Part shown: in pieces, positions 27,949 through 36,989 of the stretch
How positions within the stretch are numbered: position 1 is the first letter of the stretch
Layout of the letters: each line of letters opens with the position of its first letter
The notes under the pieces: generated by a model
The model's input: the letters and a program-made list of their open reading frames with translations, nothing else
Told to the model about the DNA's origin: nothing
Database searches by the model: none
Made by a program: the position numbers and the translations under genes
Assembly: GCA_016213925.1 (NCBI GenBank)
Contig: JACQZH010000012.1
Coordinates: forward strand, 1-60,993
DNA from: Candidatus Omnitrophota bacterium
Lineage (GTDB): Bacteria > Omnitrophota > Gorgyraeia > B26-G9
Direction: 5' to 3'
DNA length: 60,993 nt

Positions 27949-29667
27949 ATGCGTACTACAAAAAAACGTTTAAACGAACTGTTACTTGATTATAATTTAC
28001 TAAGCGAAAAGGATGTTATCCGGGCTTTAGAAATACAGCGTAAGCGCGGCGGACAGCTTGCTAGTATTTTAGTTGAAGAAGGTTTTGTCAAGGAAGATGA
28101 TATTGTAAGCTGTTTTTGCCGTTTTTTGGAGATTCCTGCATTACGGCTTTCAAAATTTAAAGCGGCTGAGCAAATTATTAAAATAATTCCTGAACATGTA
28201 GCAAGGCATTACAGGTTAATTTGTATTTCTCAGATAGCGAACATGCTGACGGTGGCAATGAATGACCCGCTGAATGTATTGGCAATTGATGATATCAGGG
28301 CATTGACGGGATATGACGTTATCCCTGTGGTTTGTCCTTTAAGTGAGATTACTCTGGCCGTGGATAGGTTTTACCATCATAAAGAAGAGGTAAAGACGCA
28401 GGAATCTTTCGATGAATTGGTTAAGGAAATCAACGAAGAAGATGTTGAAGTTATCAAGACTCAGGAACAGATTGATATCGGTGATGTAATACGTTCCAGT
28501 TCTGAGGCTCCGATTGTGAAAATGATTGATGCATTGATTGCAGAGTCTTTGATTAAGCGCGCTTCTGATATTCACATTGAGCCTTATGAAAAAGATATCA
28601 GAGTGCGTTACCGCATTGACGGCGCTTTAACAGAAGCGGTTAGGTTGCCGAAAAGAGTTCAGAATGCCGTTGCCGCCCGCTTAAAGATTATGTCAAATAT
28701 GGATATTACTCAGCGGCTTATTCCGCAGGATGGAAGATTTAGAGTTAAGCTGCAGGAGAAAGAGGTTGATTTTCGTGTTTCCGTGTTACCGCTTATTTTC
28801 GGAGAAAAAGTTGTTATGAGAGCTTTGGATAAGGCTAATCTAAGCATCGGGCTTGAGGCATTAGGATTTCTGCCGCAGGCAATGGATGCATTCCAGCATG
28901 CGGTTACAAGGCCCTATGGGATGATCCTGGTTACCGGGCCTACGGGTAGCGGTAAATCCACTACATTATATTCTGTTTTAAATAAACTAAATGTTCCGGA
29001 AAAAAATATAATAACTATTGAAGACCCTGTCGAATATCAGGTAGAAGGAATTACCCAGGTGCAGGTAAAACCGGATATCGGGCTTACTTTTTCTCAAGGC
29101 CTAAGATCGGTTCTAAGGCAAAATCCCGATATCTTGATGGTTGGCGAAATTAGAGATTTTGAAACTGGCGATATTGCTATAAAAGCCGCTTTAACAGGAG
29201 CGCTATTGCTTAGTACTCTGCATACAAATGACGCGCCTGGGGCAGTGACCCGTCTGATGGATATGGGTGTTGAGCCGTTTTTGATAGCAAGCAGTGTTGT
29301 CGCGGTAGCTGCGCAGCGTTTAGCCAGAAAGATTTGCTCACATTGCAAGGAAGCTTATAAAATCCCACAGTCTGTTTTGGATAGGCTTGATTTAAATATT
29401 GAAGCGCAAAAAGTAACTGTTTATAAAGGTAAAGGGTGCGAGAAATGCGGGGGCAGCGGATACCGCGGCCGTTTCGCGATTCTAGAGATAATGCTTGTTA
29501 ATGATAATGTGCGGGAGATGATTATGAACCGCAGTTCCAGTGATGAAATAAAACGTTATGCCCGTAAAGAGATGAAGATGCTAACATTAAGAGATACAGG
29601 CGTGCTAAAGTTTCTCTCCGGAGATACTACGCTCGAAGAGGTTTTGCGTGTTACATCAAAAGAATAA
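27949..29667 (+). CDS. pilB: Type IV pilus extension ATPase PilB/GspE family (paralogue 2)
   Basis: N-terminal RLNELLLDYNLLSEKDVIRALEIQ-RKRGG-QLASILVEEGFV.. (MshEN motif with the Arg retained). Walker A GPTGSGKST and CSHC...CEKC. ATG 27949; an in-frame GTG lies at 27940. Confidence 0.9.
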   Translation: MRTTKKRLNELLLDYNLLSEKDVIRALEIQRKRGGQLASILVEEGFVKEDDIVSCFCRFLEIPALRLSKFKAAEQIIKIIPEHVARHYRLICISQIANMLTVAMNDPLNVLAIDDIRALTGYDVIPVVCPLSEITLAVDRFYHHKEEVKTQESFDELVKEINEEDVEVIKTQEQIDIGDVIRSSSEAPIVKMIDALIAESLIKRASDIHIEPYEKDIRVRYRIDGALTEAVRLPKRVQNAVAARLKIMSNMDITQRLIPQDGRFRVKLQEKEVDFRVSVLPLIFGEKVVMRALDKANLSIGLEALGFLPQAMDAFQHAVTRPYGMILVTGPTGSGKSTTLYSVLNKLNVPEKNIITIEDPVEYQVEGITQVQVKPDIGLTFSQGLRSVLRQNPDILMVGEIRDFETGDIAIKAALTGALLLSTLHTNDAPGAVTRLMDMGVEPFLIASSVVAVAAQRLARKICSHCKEAYKIPQSVLDRLDLNIEAQKVTVYKGKGCEKCGGSGYRGRFAILEIMLVNDNVREMIMNRSSSDEIKRYARKEMKMLTLRDTGVLKFLSGDTTLEEVLRVTSKE

Positions 29668-29786
29668 TGTTTTATGAAAAAATTGTTATTCTTTTTATAA
29701 AAAATTGTTGTATAATAAAGATTACTAGCTAGATTTACAACTCTCGAGTTTGCGGGAGAATAATGTTTTGCTAAGGAGGAAAAGTA

Positions 29787-30989
29787 ATGGCTTTATTTAA
29801 ATATGTTGCTAAGGATGAAGAAGGTAATGCGGTTAATGATGTCATTGAAGCTAAAGACGAAATAGTTGCTTTAGATATGCTTCGGGTAAAAAACCTGATT
29901 ATTATTTCTATCAATGAGGTAAAACAGCAAAAGGGTGCGGTGTCCTCTAGTAAAAAAATAAAATCGGACGAACTGGTAATTTTTTCCCGTCAGTTGGCGA
30001 CAATGGTTAATGCCGGTATACCGCTTGTTCAGAGCCTGGATATCTTGAGCGAGCAGATGGAAAGCATGGTCTTTCGCCAAATGATTACTGCTGTCAGGCA
30101 GGATGTTGAGGCCGGCGCCAGCTTATCAGCAGCCCTGGAGAAGCATCCAAAGGTTTTTGGAGTGCTTTATACAAATATGGTTAAAGCCGGAGAAACAAGC
30201 GGTATGCTTGATGATATTCTAGACCGTTTGGCCGGATATTTGGAAAAAAGCAATCAATTGCAGCGTAAGGTTAAGTCGGCAATGGTGTATCCTGCTGTTG
30301 TTACAGTTATGGCTTTTGGAATAACGCTTGTGCTTTTACTTAAAGTTATTCCTACCTTTAAAGAGATCTTTGCTACTTTGGGTGGAACTTTACCTATGCC
30401 TACACAAATATTGATTTCTATATCTGACGGATTACGCCACTATTTTATGTTTGCGGTTATTGTTGTTGGTATTTTTTGTTTTTTAATGATGAAATTAGTT
30501 CAGACTCCAAAGGGAAGGCAGCAATTTGACCAGCTAAAGCTAAATGTGCCGGTATTTGGGCCATTGATAAAAAAAGTTGCTGTGGCTAGGTTTTCAAGGA
30601 CACTGTCAACATTAATCCGCAGTGGAGTGCCAATACTTGGAGCTTTAGAAATTGTTGGTAAGACTTCCGGGAATGTAATTATTGAAATGGCAGTAGATAA
30701 GGCCAGAGTTGGAATACGCGAAGGTGAAAGCATTGCCCAGCCTTTATCAAAAAGCAATGCTTTCCCTCCGATGGTAACTAGAATGATATCTGTGGGTGAA
30801 GAATCAGGAGAGCTGGAGAAGATGCTTACAAAGATTGCTGATTTTTACGAAGATCAGGTTGATGCGGCAGTAAGCGGTTTAACTAGCTTGATAGAACCGC
30901 TTATTATTGCGTTTTTAGGTATTGTAGTAGGCTCTATAGTAATAGCTATGTTTCTGCCGATATTTAAGATAACTGAACTTATCGGTTAA
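29787..30989 (+). CDS. pilC: Type IV pilus platform protein PilC (GspF family)
   Basis: 400 aa with two GspF repeats and three TM regions. RBS AAGGAGG. Confidence 0.9.
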   Translation: MALFKYVAKDEEGNAVNDVIEAKDEIVALDMLRVKNLIIISINEVKQQKGAVSSSKKIKSDELVIFSRQLATMVNAGIPLVQSLDILSEQMESMVFRQMITAVRQDVEAGASLSAALEKHPKVFGVLYTNMVKAGETSGMLDDILDRLAGYLEKSNQLQRKVKSAMVYPAVVTVMAFGITLVLLLKVIPTFKEIFATLGGTLPMPTQILISISDGLRHYFMFAVIVVGIFCFLMMKLVQTPKGRQQFDQLKLNVPVFGPLIKKVAVARFSRTLSTLIRSGVPILGALEIVGKTSGNVIIEMAVDKARVGIREGESIAQPLSKSNAFPPMVTRMISVGEESGELEKMLTKIADFYEDQVDAAVSGLTSLIEPLIIAFLGIVVGSIVIAMFLPIFKITELIG

Positions 30990-31038
30990 TATAATCTAAT
31001 TGACTAGTATTATTAAAATTAAATAATTTTATAAAGTA

Positions 31039-31067
31039 TTGACAAAGCCAGTTCGGTAAGATATACT
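31039..31067 (+). promoter_or_regulatory. Sigma-70-type promoter candidate driving the riboswitch leader
   Basis: TTGACA, 17-nt spacer, TATACT, about 40 nt upstream of the aptamer. Confidence 0.55.
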
Positions 31068-31105
31068 TATATTAGAGCTAATAAGCTTGGAAAACAGAAA
31101 AAAAA

Positions 31106-31203
31106 CCTTTTAACGATAAAGGCAAACCAGCTGAAAAGCGGGGACGCAAAGCCACGGGTCTAAAAGAATTCCTTAAAAGACGGCCGGGTTACCGAATTAA
31201 AGG
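31106..31203 (+). promoter_or_regulatory. c-di-GMP-I (GEMM-I) riboswitch aptamer
   Basis: AAAGGCAAACC-AGCU GAAA AGCG-GGGACGCAAAGCCACGGG...GACGGCCGGGUUACCGAA matches the conserved GEMM-I core: GCAAACC, a GNRA tetraloop hairpin, GGACGCAAAGCC and GCCGGGUUACC. An outer CCUUU/AAAGG pairing closes it. Confidence 0.85.
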
Positions 31204-31215
31204 AAATCTTATGAT

Positions 31216-31258
31216 AGCCGAGTTACCGAATTAAAAAAGGTAATTCGGCTTATTTTTT
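31216..31258 (+). terminator. Riboswitch expression-platform terminator
   Basis: 12-bp stem AGCCGAGUUACC / GGUAAUUCGGCU (one G-U pair), 11-nt loop, then UAUUUUUU. The 5' arm nearly duplicates the aptamer 3' strand. Confidence 0.75.
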
Positions 31259-31283
31259 AGTTGAGAATGGAGAAAAGAAATTT

Positions 31284-31871
31284 ATGGAATTTTTAGAAAA
31301 AATTAGTTATATTTTCAGCAAAGCTAAAATTGTTTTTGCTATGTTTTTATTTCCTAAAACAATGTTTTTAAAAAAAGTGCATTGTCCTGTTTATTGCTAT
31401 AGAATCCATGCAGTAAAGGTGAAGTCAGAAAAAGGTTTTACTTTGGTGGAGATACTTGTTTCCACGTTAATAATGGCGTTAGCTGTGGGTGCGGTTATGC
31501 AGGTATTGCATTCTGTAATTCAGCTTAACGAAACAAATAATAACATGACCCAATGCGTAAACGTTGCCCAGGGCTTGATGGATGAAATCCGAGGGGTAAT
31601 TTATGAGGATATTATTTCAAATTATAATGGTTATACGTTTACATTAAATGATTTGGATAGCCAGTCAATTCCTAATCAGGGGCTTGTTATTGCTAGTGAA
31701 ATTGAGCCAGGGTATCTAATGCGCGTAAAGATTGTGATTTGCTGGAAGCAGAAAAACAGGATAATCGGAGAAGCTATTCCTTCAGGCAATAGTATTACGC
31801 TGCAAGATCTGGATGCAAGCGGAGAAATTGATTCTCCTTGCAGTGTTGAAGCGGCGATTATTTATAAATAA
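31284..31871 (+). CDS. Prepilin-type minor pilin (GspI/PilV-like)
   Basis: Prepilin cleavage/methylation site KSEKG|FTLVEILVSTLIMALAV. The ATG at 31284 has a good RBS (GGAG) but gives an unusually long 47-aa leader. An in-frame GTG at 31419 would give a 5-aa leader. Confidence 0.7.
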   Translation: MEFLEKISYIFSKAKIVFAMFLFPKTMFLKKVHCPVYCYRIHAVKVKSEKGFTLVEILVSTLIMALAVGAVMQVLHSVIQLNETNNNMTQCVNVAQGLMDEIRGVIYEDIISNYNGYTFTLNDLDSQSIPNQGLVIASEIEPGYLMRVKIVICWKQKNRIIGEAIPSGNSITLQDLDASGEIDSPCSVEAAIIYK

Positions 31872-31889
31872 TTTTTAAGGGAAAAGAAT

Positions 31890-32534
31890 ATGTTAAAAGG
31901 GAAAAAGGGATATACGATTGTGGAATCACTTATTGCTATGGCAATATTCACATTGATAATCGGCACATTATTCACAATGCTTATTTCCCAGAATAATTTT
32001 TTTAGCCAGTCAAGGGCAAAAATGGATGTGAGCAGCGCTGCGCGTAAAGCAATGACAGTAATAATTAAAGAAATGCGGCTTTGTAAAGTTGAGTATGTCG
32101 AAGTCTATAATCTGCCGATTGATCAAGGAGGTGTTATAGACCATACTGACGCAACAAGTATTAAGTTTCAGGTGCCTGTAGACTGGGATGGTGACGGTGA
32201 TTTTTTTAATGAATACGGGATCATAGAATGGGGAGCTGAAGGCCAGGAAGATTACGCGCTGCAATACTACTGGGATAGCGCTAATGAGCGGATCATCCGC
32301 AGGGTTTGGGATTCGTCAGCAAACGAAGATTCCTTTACGGTTATTGCCGAAGATATTTTTGATTTTAAAATAAACGGCTTCAAATATAATTCTGCCTCAC
32401 AAAATGTTGAGCCGGATTCTAGCTGTGAGATTGTGGAAATAGAAATTACAGCGCGCAGGTCTCAAATTAGCGGAAGGTCTTTGGCTAATCCGCTTACTTA
32501 TACTTTAAGTAACCGGGTTGCTTGGCGAAATTAA
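31890..32534 (+). CDS. Prepilin-type minor pilin (PilW/GspJ-like)
   Basis: MLKGKKG|YTIVESLIAMAIFTLIIG N-terminal cleavage/methylation motif with Glu at +5. Confidence 0.75.
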   Translation: MLKGKKGYTIVESLIAMAIFTLIIGTLFTMLISQNNFFSQSRAKMDVSSAARKAMTVIIKEMRLCKVEYVEVYNLPIDQGGVIDHTDATSIKFQVPVDWDGDGDFFNEYGIIEWGAEGQEDYALQYYWDSANERIIRRVWDSSANEDSFTVIAEDIFDFKINGFKYNSASQNVEPDSSCEIVEIEITARRSQISGRSLANPLTYTLSNRVAWRN

Positions 32535-32563
32535 AGTTTTTTAAATAATAAAGGAGGATGGCA

Positions 32564-34360
32564 ATGAAGATATTGAAAAACCGCAAAGGCGCGATTCTGG
32601 TTGCCACGTATATGGTTTTATTTGTAATCATTGTAGTTGCTGCTGGTTTTTTTGCTATGGTTGTAAGTAATAATAAAAATATTACCCGCGAAAATGAGGG
32701 GACTAAGGCGTTAAACTTCGCGGAGATGGGCATAGCTTACGCTTATAATGAAGCGTATAATAGCGGCTGGGACTGGAACACTCATGAGTGGAATCAGGAG
32801 AAAACTGCGCTTTCGATTGCTCCGATAGTTTTAAAAGTCCGCGATGATTGTTCTTTTGACGGAAATGGTTTTTATGTCCATGATGGAGGAGAATTTATGG
32901 TCAAGGCATATCCTGACCCTGACCGTGACGAGGCTACGATTGTTTTGGCTATGGGCATAAGCGGTAATGAGCGCAGGGTGCTTAAATACTATTTGTCAAG
33001 AAGAGGTATTTATGATTTTTATATTTATACCCCATATAATCTTGACTTAAACCGGATGGGAGGTTTTCAGGCGCTTAACGGCGGCGGGATTCATGCTAAC
33101 GGCAATATTTATATGGATGATTATGTGAGATTGGAAAATGTTTCCGAGATTAGCACCGGTAATGACGGTTCAATATATTATACCTGGTCGCAGTATATAT
33201 CACCGCGCAGGTATGATGACGGATTAGGAAAAACAGGAGAACGGGTTAGGGATAGCAGGGCTCCGATTACCCGGTTAGATAATCTGGAAAATCTTTTTAT
33301 TGATTATAGCACTCTTCAGCCAGGGCCGTTTGGGTATTATGGTACGAATAACATTTGGTATTGGCGCGACTATGCTACACGGATTGTTGGAGCCAGTAAG
33401 AATGATTATCCGCCAAGGGACTTTTTAAAATCAGAGTTTCATTTTAGCGGAGATAACCAGACAGGTAATAATATAGCTCCGGGATCAAGCAGCAATGGTG
33501 CCATAAATGACAGTACTGGTCCTTTAAACCGGTATAACGCCTGGATAAAGCCTTATAAACAAGACGCTGAAGGGGAGCAAATTGCGACTACCTGGACTCA
33601 AATTCCGGCAGAGTTGGATCAGCAATGGTCATGGGATAAGTATGAGAGTACGAAAGATACCACTGAACAGGCAGTTCAGTTTTATACATATGATAATAAC
33701 GGCAACCGAATCAATGTTGAGAACACCAGGTGGTATAAGAATGGTAATAATGTGGAACTGCTTGATGAAGCGGATTTTATCGCTAATCCGAATAAATATC
33801 AGAATAAAGACATCAAATCATATTGGCAAATGTATACTTCCTCTGAATTTTGGCAGGGAGTCAGGGGTGATTCGAATTTTGTCAATCAACTTGACCCTGA
33901 AATATTAGATGGAAGTTACGGCGATGAGCGCATTAACAATAGCGACATTATACAAGTTAATCATACAAATTCCAAGGAACAGCCTAATGCCTGGCAGCAA
34001 TTTTTAGAGGAATCTGGGCTTGAAGGGATAGTACGCGATGCAAATACAGGAGGAGAAAATCTAGACCCGCCTGATTTTGAAGTGACTTATGCAAGGTTAG
34101 CGGAGAAAGACGGTTTGTATTTAAACCTAGACGAAGACTTTGACGGCGAATTTGATAATACTACGGAGTGGAATAATGAGCTGGAGAAAGGCATAGATAA
34201 CTGGGCGGATAAGCTAAATGACGGTGATCCCGAGAATGGAGTAGCTAAAAAGGTTAAATTTATCGATACCTTTACCGGACAATGGAAGATTATGCTTGAG
34301 AAAAAAAAAAAAAAAATGCAGGAACGTAATAAGTATCCGGCGAATGGTCTTCCGCGATAA
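32564..34360 (+). CDS. Large PilX-N-terminus-type pilus-associated protein (putative tip or adhesin component), N-terminal portion
   Basis: N-terminal KNRKGAILVATYMVLFVIIVVAAGFFAMVV resembles the PilX N-terminal domain, followed by about 560 aa rich in N/Y/W/D/G. Ends 44 nt after an A16 run. ATG 32564 has better RBS spacing than ATG 32558. Confidence 0.6.
   Translation: MKILKNRKGAILVATYMVLFVIIVVAAGFFAMVVSNNKNITRENEGTKALNFAEMGIAYAYNEAYNSGWDWNTHEWNQEKTALSIAPIVLKVRDDCSFDGNGFYVHDGGEFMVKAYPDPDRDEATIVLAMGISGNERRVLKYYLSRRGIYDFYIYTPYNLDLNRMGGFQALNGGGIHANGNIYMDDYVRLENVSEISTGNDGSIYYTWSQYISPRRYDDGLGKTGERVRDSRAPITRLDNLENLFIDYSTLQPGPFGYYGTNNIWYWRDYATRIVGASKNDYPPRDFLKSEFHFSGDNQTGNNIAPGSSSNGAINDSTGPLNRYNAWIKPYKQDAEGEQIATTWTQIPAELDQQWSWDKYESTKDTTEQAVQFYTYDNNGNRINVENTRWYKNGNNVELLDEADFIANPNKYQNKDIKSYWQMYTSSEFWQGVRGDSNFVNQLDPEILDGSYGDERINNSDIIQVNHTNSKEQPNAWQQFLEESGLEGIVRDANTGGENLDPPDFEVTYARLAEKDGLYLNLDEDFDGEFDNTTEWNNELEKGIDNWADKLNDGDPENGVAKKVKFIDTFTGQWKIMLEKKKKKMQERNKYPANGLPR
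34301..34316. repeat. A16 homopolymer inside the 3' end of the large pilus-protein ORF
   Basis: Counted directly: 16 consecutive A (encoding KKKKK) at 34301-34316. Confidence 0.95.
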
Positions 34361-34410
34361 TTTCCAAAAAACGTATTTATACTCTTTCCGAAGACTTTAA
34401 TGACCCGCAG

Positions 34411-35211
34411 GTGGTACCGGCAACTGAAAATTATCCTGATTATCCTAATATGTATGTAAAGGGATCCGGTAATCAATGGGATGAAGTTCCGCCGGGTACT
34501 CAAGGAGGATTTTGGGTTGATCGGGGCTATCTGGGCAGGTTGGGCCAAAATGACAGGTATCCTGATATACCTAACGGACAGCAGAATGCGCTAATTGCTA
34601 GAATTGACGAAAAGAATAGCTCATACCGTTCTGTTTTCAATGTGGATGATTCCTCCTATCCGGCTTCTCAAACCTATTCCTGGAGCTGGCCGGCTACTAA
34701 TGAAACTGTAACCAGCGGAGCAATGGCCAATAAAGTAAGATTGTCTAGTAAATCAGCATTGCCCGCTGCAGAACAAGTCCAAAAGTACAATTGTTTAATG
34801 GCAAGCTCTCGCCTTTTGGACGGAGATCATATGAACAGCGGTAGCGTACTGGAAAATTGGCATTACCATGAGGGCAATAATAGTATTACTAAAAACAGGG
34901 TTATGAAAGGCTCATATTTTGTGCTGGATAACGCGACAGATGGAGGGTTTAGCGCAGCTAATAATGAGTTTGTTGATTATATAAATAATCCGGGATTTTA
35001 TTATAGTAACCGCTTTAGAACGGTTAGCGGTAATAACTATTACGGTTCGACGTTTTTACATACTTATAGTAATACTGCCTCGCTTAAGGTGTCTTATGAC
35101 GAGAATTTTAAAACCAGGACGCGCGCTCCTTCAGATGTGTTTTTCGGAGGAGCAGAAGCATTATGGTCTGAAGAATCAGTAGATTACTTTTATAAATTAA
35201 CGGGATTTTAA
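34411..35211 (+). CDS. ORF without leader, signal peptide or RBS; probably the displaced C-terminal part of the preceding large pilus protein
   Basis: The frame is open from 34333, overlapping the upstream ORF end. Only a GTG start is available and there is no Shine-Dalgarno. It has the same N/Y/W/G/D-rich composition as 32564-34360. Confidence 0.4.
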   Translation: MVPATENYPDYPNMYVKGSGNQWDEVPPGTQGGFWVDRGYLGRLGQNDRYPDIPNGQQNALIARIDEKNSSYRSVFNVDDSSYPASQTYSWSWPATNETVTSGAMANKVRLSSKSALPAAEQVQKYNCLMASSRLLDGDHMNSGSVLENWHYHEGNNSITKNRVMKGSYFVLDNATDGGFSAANNEFVDYINNPGFYYSNRFRTVSGNNYYGSTFLHTYSNTASLKVSYDENFKTRTRAPSDVFFGGAEALWSEESVDYFYKLTGF

Positions 35212-35224
35212 AAAAGGAAAGAAT

Positions 35225-35629
35225 ATGGATAAAAGAGTAAAGATAACATTGATTGTGAGTGCATTGTTATTTATCTTGATTGTGGTATTAGGGCTGATGA
35301 ATGCTTTTTCTCCCGAACCGGACGCAGTAAAAGTTAAGAATACTAGAATCACGCAGGATAATACAGAGCAAACAGCTGGCCCGAAAGTTAAAGCCAAAGT
35401 TGAGATGAGAAATAACAGTTATTACTTTCCTAAGGAAAGGAAAATAGAAACTGTGAAGAAAAAACAGGTTAAGCTTTTAGATCCAAACGATACGCAGGCG
35501 CGATATGGTATAGAAGATGATGAGACGCATAACGCTGATTCGCTTGGCGGTATGGCGCTGGATGAAAATGATTCAATCCTGCATCAGGATGAATATAGTT
35601 TACAAAAAGAAGATGATATCCCTGAATAG
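35225..35629 (+). CDS. Small membrane-anchored hypothetical protein
   Basis: 134 aa with one N-terminal TM (ITLIVSALLFILIVVLGL) and a charged tail. RBS AAAGGAAAG. Confidence 0.45.
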   Translation: MDKRVKITLIVSALLFILIVVLGLMNAFSPEPDAVKVKNTRITQDNTEQTAGPKVKAKVEMRNNSYYFPKERKIETVKKKQVKLLDPNDTQARYGIEDDETHNADSLGGMALDENDSILHQDEYSLQKEDDIPE

Positions 35630-35674
35630 CTGAAAGTTTATTTTTCGCAGACTTGGAAAATGGTTGCCTATTGT

Positions 35675-35712
35675 GAAAGCGGAAAAGTTTGACTTTTTCC
35701 GCTTTCTTTCTT
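35675..35712 (+). terminator. Rho-independent terminator (perfect 12-bp stem)
   Basis: GAAAGCGGAAAA / TTTTCCGCTTTC with an 8-nt loop, followed by TTTCTT. Lies 46 nt after the stop at 35629. Confidence 0.7.
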
Positions 35713-35717
35713 ATAAT
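35689..35717 (+). promoter_or_regulatory. Consensus-like sigma-70 promoter candidate embedded in the terminator, possibly giving a leaderless pilS mRNA
   Basis: TTGACT, 17-nt spacer, TATAAT. The -10 hexamer ends 7 nt before ATG 35725. Confidence 0.45.
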
Positions 35718-35724
35718 AGCCTCG

Positions 35725-36984
35725 ATGCTGACAAATAAAAAGCCATTATACGCTTTAATACTATTTCGTTTTGTTATTGCGACAGTTATGCTTATTGTTA
35801 ATACTGCTCTTTTTGGTTTAGCTAGGATGCCTGTATATTTTCTTATCGGCATAATTTATGTTTTGACAATAGTTTACTTATTGCTGATTTTAGCGAATGT
35901 CAGTAATAAAACTTTTTTATATATACAGATTATCCTGGATATTTTTATTGAAACATTACTGGTGATTTATACAGGAGGGATTGACTCTGTAGTAAGCTTG
36001 TTGTTTCCCTTATCAAGTATTGCCGCAAGTATTGTCATTTCGCCGGGCGCGGGAATAATCATGGCACTATTAGCGAGTATTTTTTATTCTGCGGTTGTTA
36101 GCCTTGATTTTTTCAACCTATTGTTTTTGCCAGGCCAAATAACTTCTGTTTTTGGTAAGCAGGGGGCGTATGTTTTTTCTTTGCTCTATTTTAAAGTAAC
36201 GGTTTTTTTTATTATCGGTTTTTTAAGCGCGTATATCGCGGATCAGCTGAAGAAAAAAGACAAAGCTGTAATTTTTCTTCAGGAACGCTTGCGCAGGGAA
36301 GATAGGCTTTCGGCAATCGGAAAATTAGCGGCAAGCGCGGCGCATGAAATAAGAAATCCGCTAGCTTCAATTTCCGGTTGCGTGGAATCATTAAAAAACA
36401 GCCTTAAGCTTGAGGAGAAGAATGAGAAATTATTTAACCTTGTAATTAAAGAAACCGGCAGGCTGAATAATATAATTAACGGCTTGCTTGAGTATGTCAA
36501 GCCGCGAAGGCTGCAGCTTGAAACAACAGATATTTCCGGGCTTTTGGACGAGGTTATTCTTCTGGTCAAAAACAGCCGAGATTTTAAAACAGAGGTAATC
36601 TTAAATAAAGATGAATCTTTTCCCTCGGCGAATATTAAATGCGATCCGCAGCAAATAAAACAGGTATTTTTTAATTTGCTCATAAATGCGGTTGAGGCTG
36701 TGAAAAAAAATGGTAAAATTCTGATTAAGGGCAGGCCGGTAAATCAGAATAGGGATTTTGAAATCGTGATTATTGATAACGGTATCGGTATAAGTGAGGA
36801 ATTGCTTGAATCTATCTTTGAGCCTTTTTCAAGCGGAAAAGAGAACGGCGTGGGATTGGGATTATCGATTGCTTCTGCTATAATTAATGAACATAGTGGA
36901 AAAATTACGGTAAAAAGTACGCAGGGTAAAGGCACTTCCTTTTATGTTTGCTTACCTTTTGAGTCGGAAGAAAGACGGAGATAA
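35725..36984 (+). CDS. pilS: Polytopic sensor histidine kinase, PilS-like by architecture and context
   Basis: About 6 TM segments, H-box AASAAHEIRNPLASISG, and an HATPase domain (GVGLGLSIASAII). Immediately upstream of a sigma-54 activator and the pilin genes. Confidence 0.75.
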   Translation: MLTNKKPLYALILFRFVIATVMLIVNTALFGLARMPVYFLIGIIYVLTIVYLLLILANVSNKTFLYIQIILDIFIETLLVIYTGGIDSVVSLLFPLSSIAASIVISPGAGIIMALLASIFYSAVVSLDFFNLLFLPGQITSVFGKQGAYVFSLLYFKVTVFFIIGFLSAYIADQLKKKDKAVIFLQERLRREDRLSAIGKLAASAAHEIRNPLASISGCVESLKNSLKLEEKNEKLFNLVIKETGRLNNIINGLLEYVKPRRLQLETTDISGLLDEVILLVKNSRDFKTEVILNKDESFPSANIKCDPQQIKQVFFNLLINAVEAVKKNGKILIKGRPVNQNRDFEIVIIDNGIGISEELLESIFEPFSSGKENGVGLGLSIASAIINEHSGKITVKSTQGKGTSFYVCLPFESEERRR

Positions 36985-36989
36985 TTTTT

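Noticed and set aside
29683-29716. A sigma-70 promoter for pilC (TTGTTA ... TATAAT).
   Set aside because: The spacer is 22 nt, and the TG directly abuts the -10 rather than forming a TGn extended -10. The geometry does not support the call.
34301-34360. Simple +/-1 slippage in the A16 run fusing the 600-aa and 266-aa ORFs.
   Set aside because: Frame check: the -1 frame hits TAA TAA at 34327-34332 and the +1 frame stops at 34398-34400. A-tract length change alone therefore only alters the C-terminal tail.
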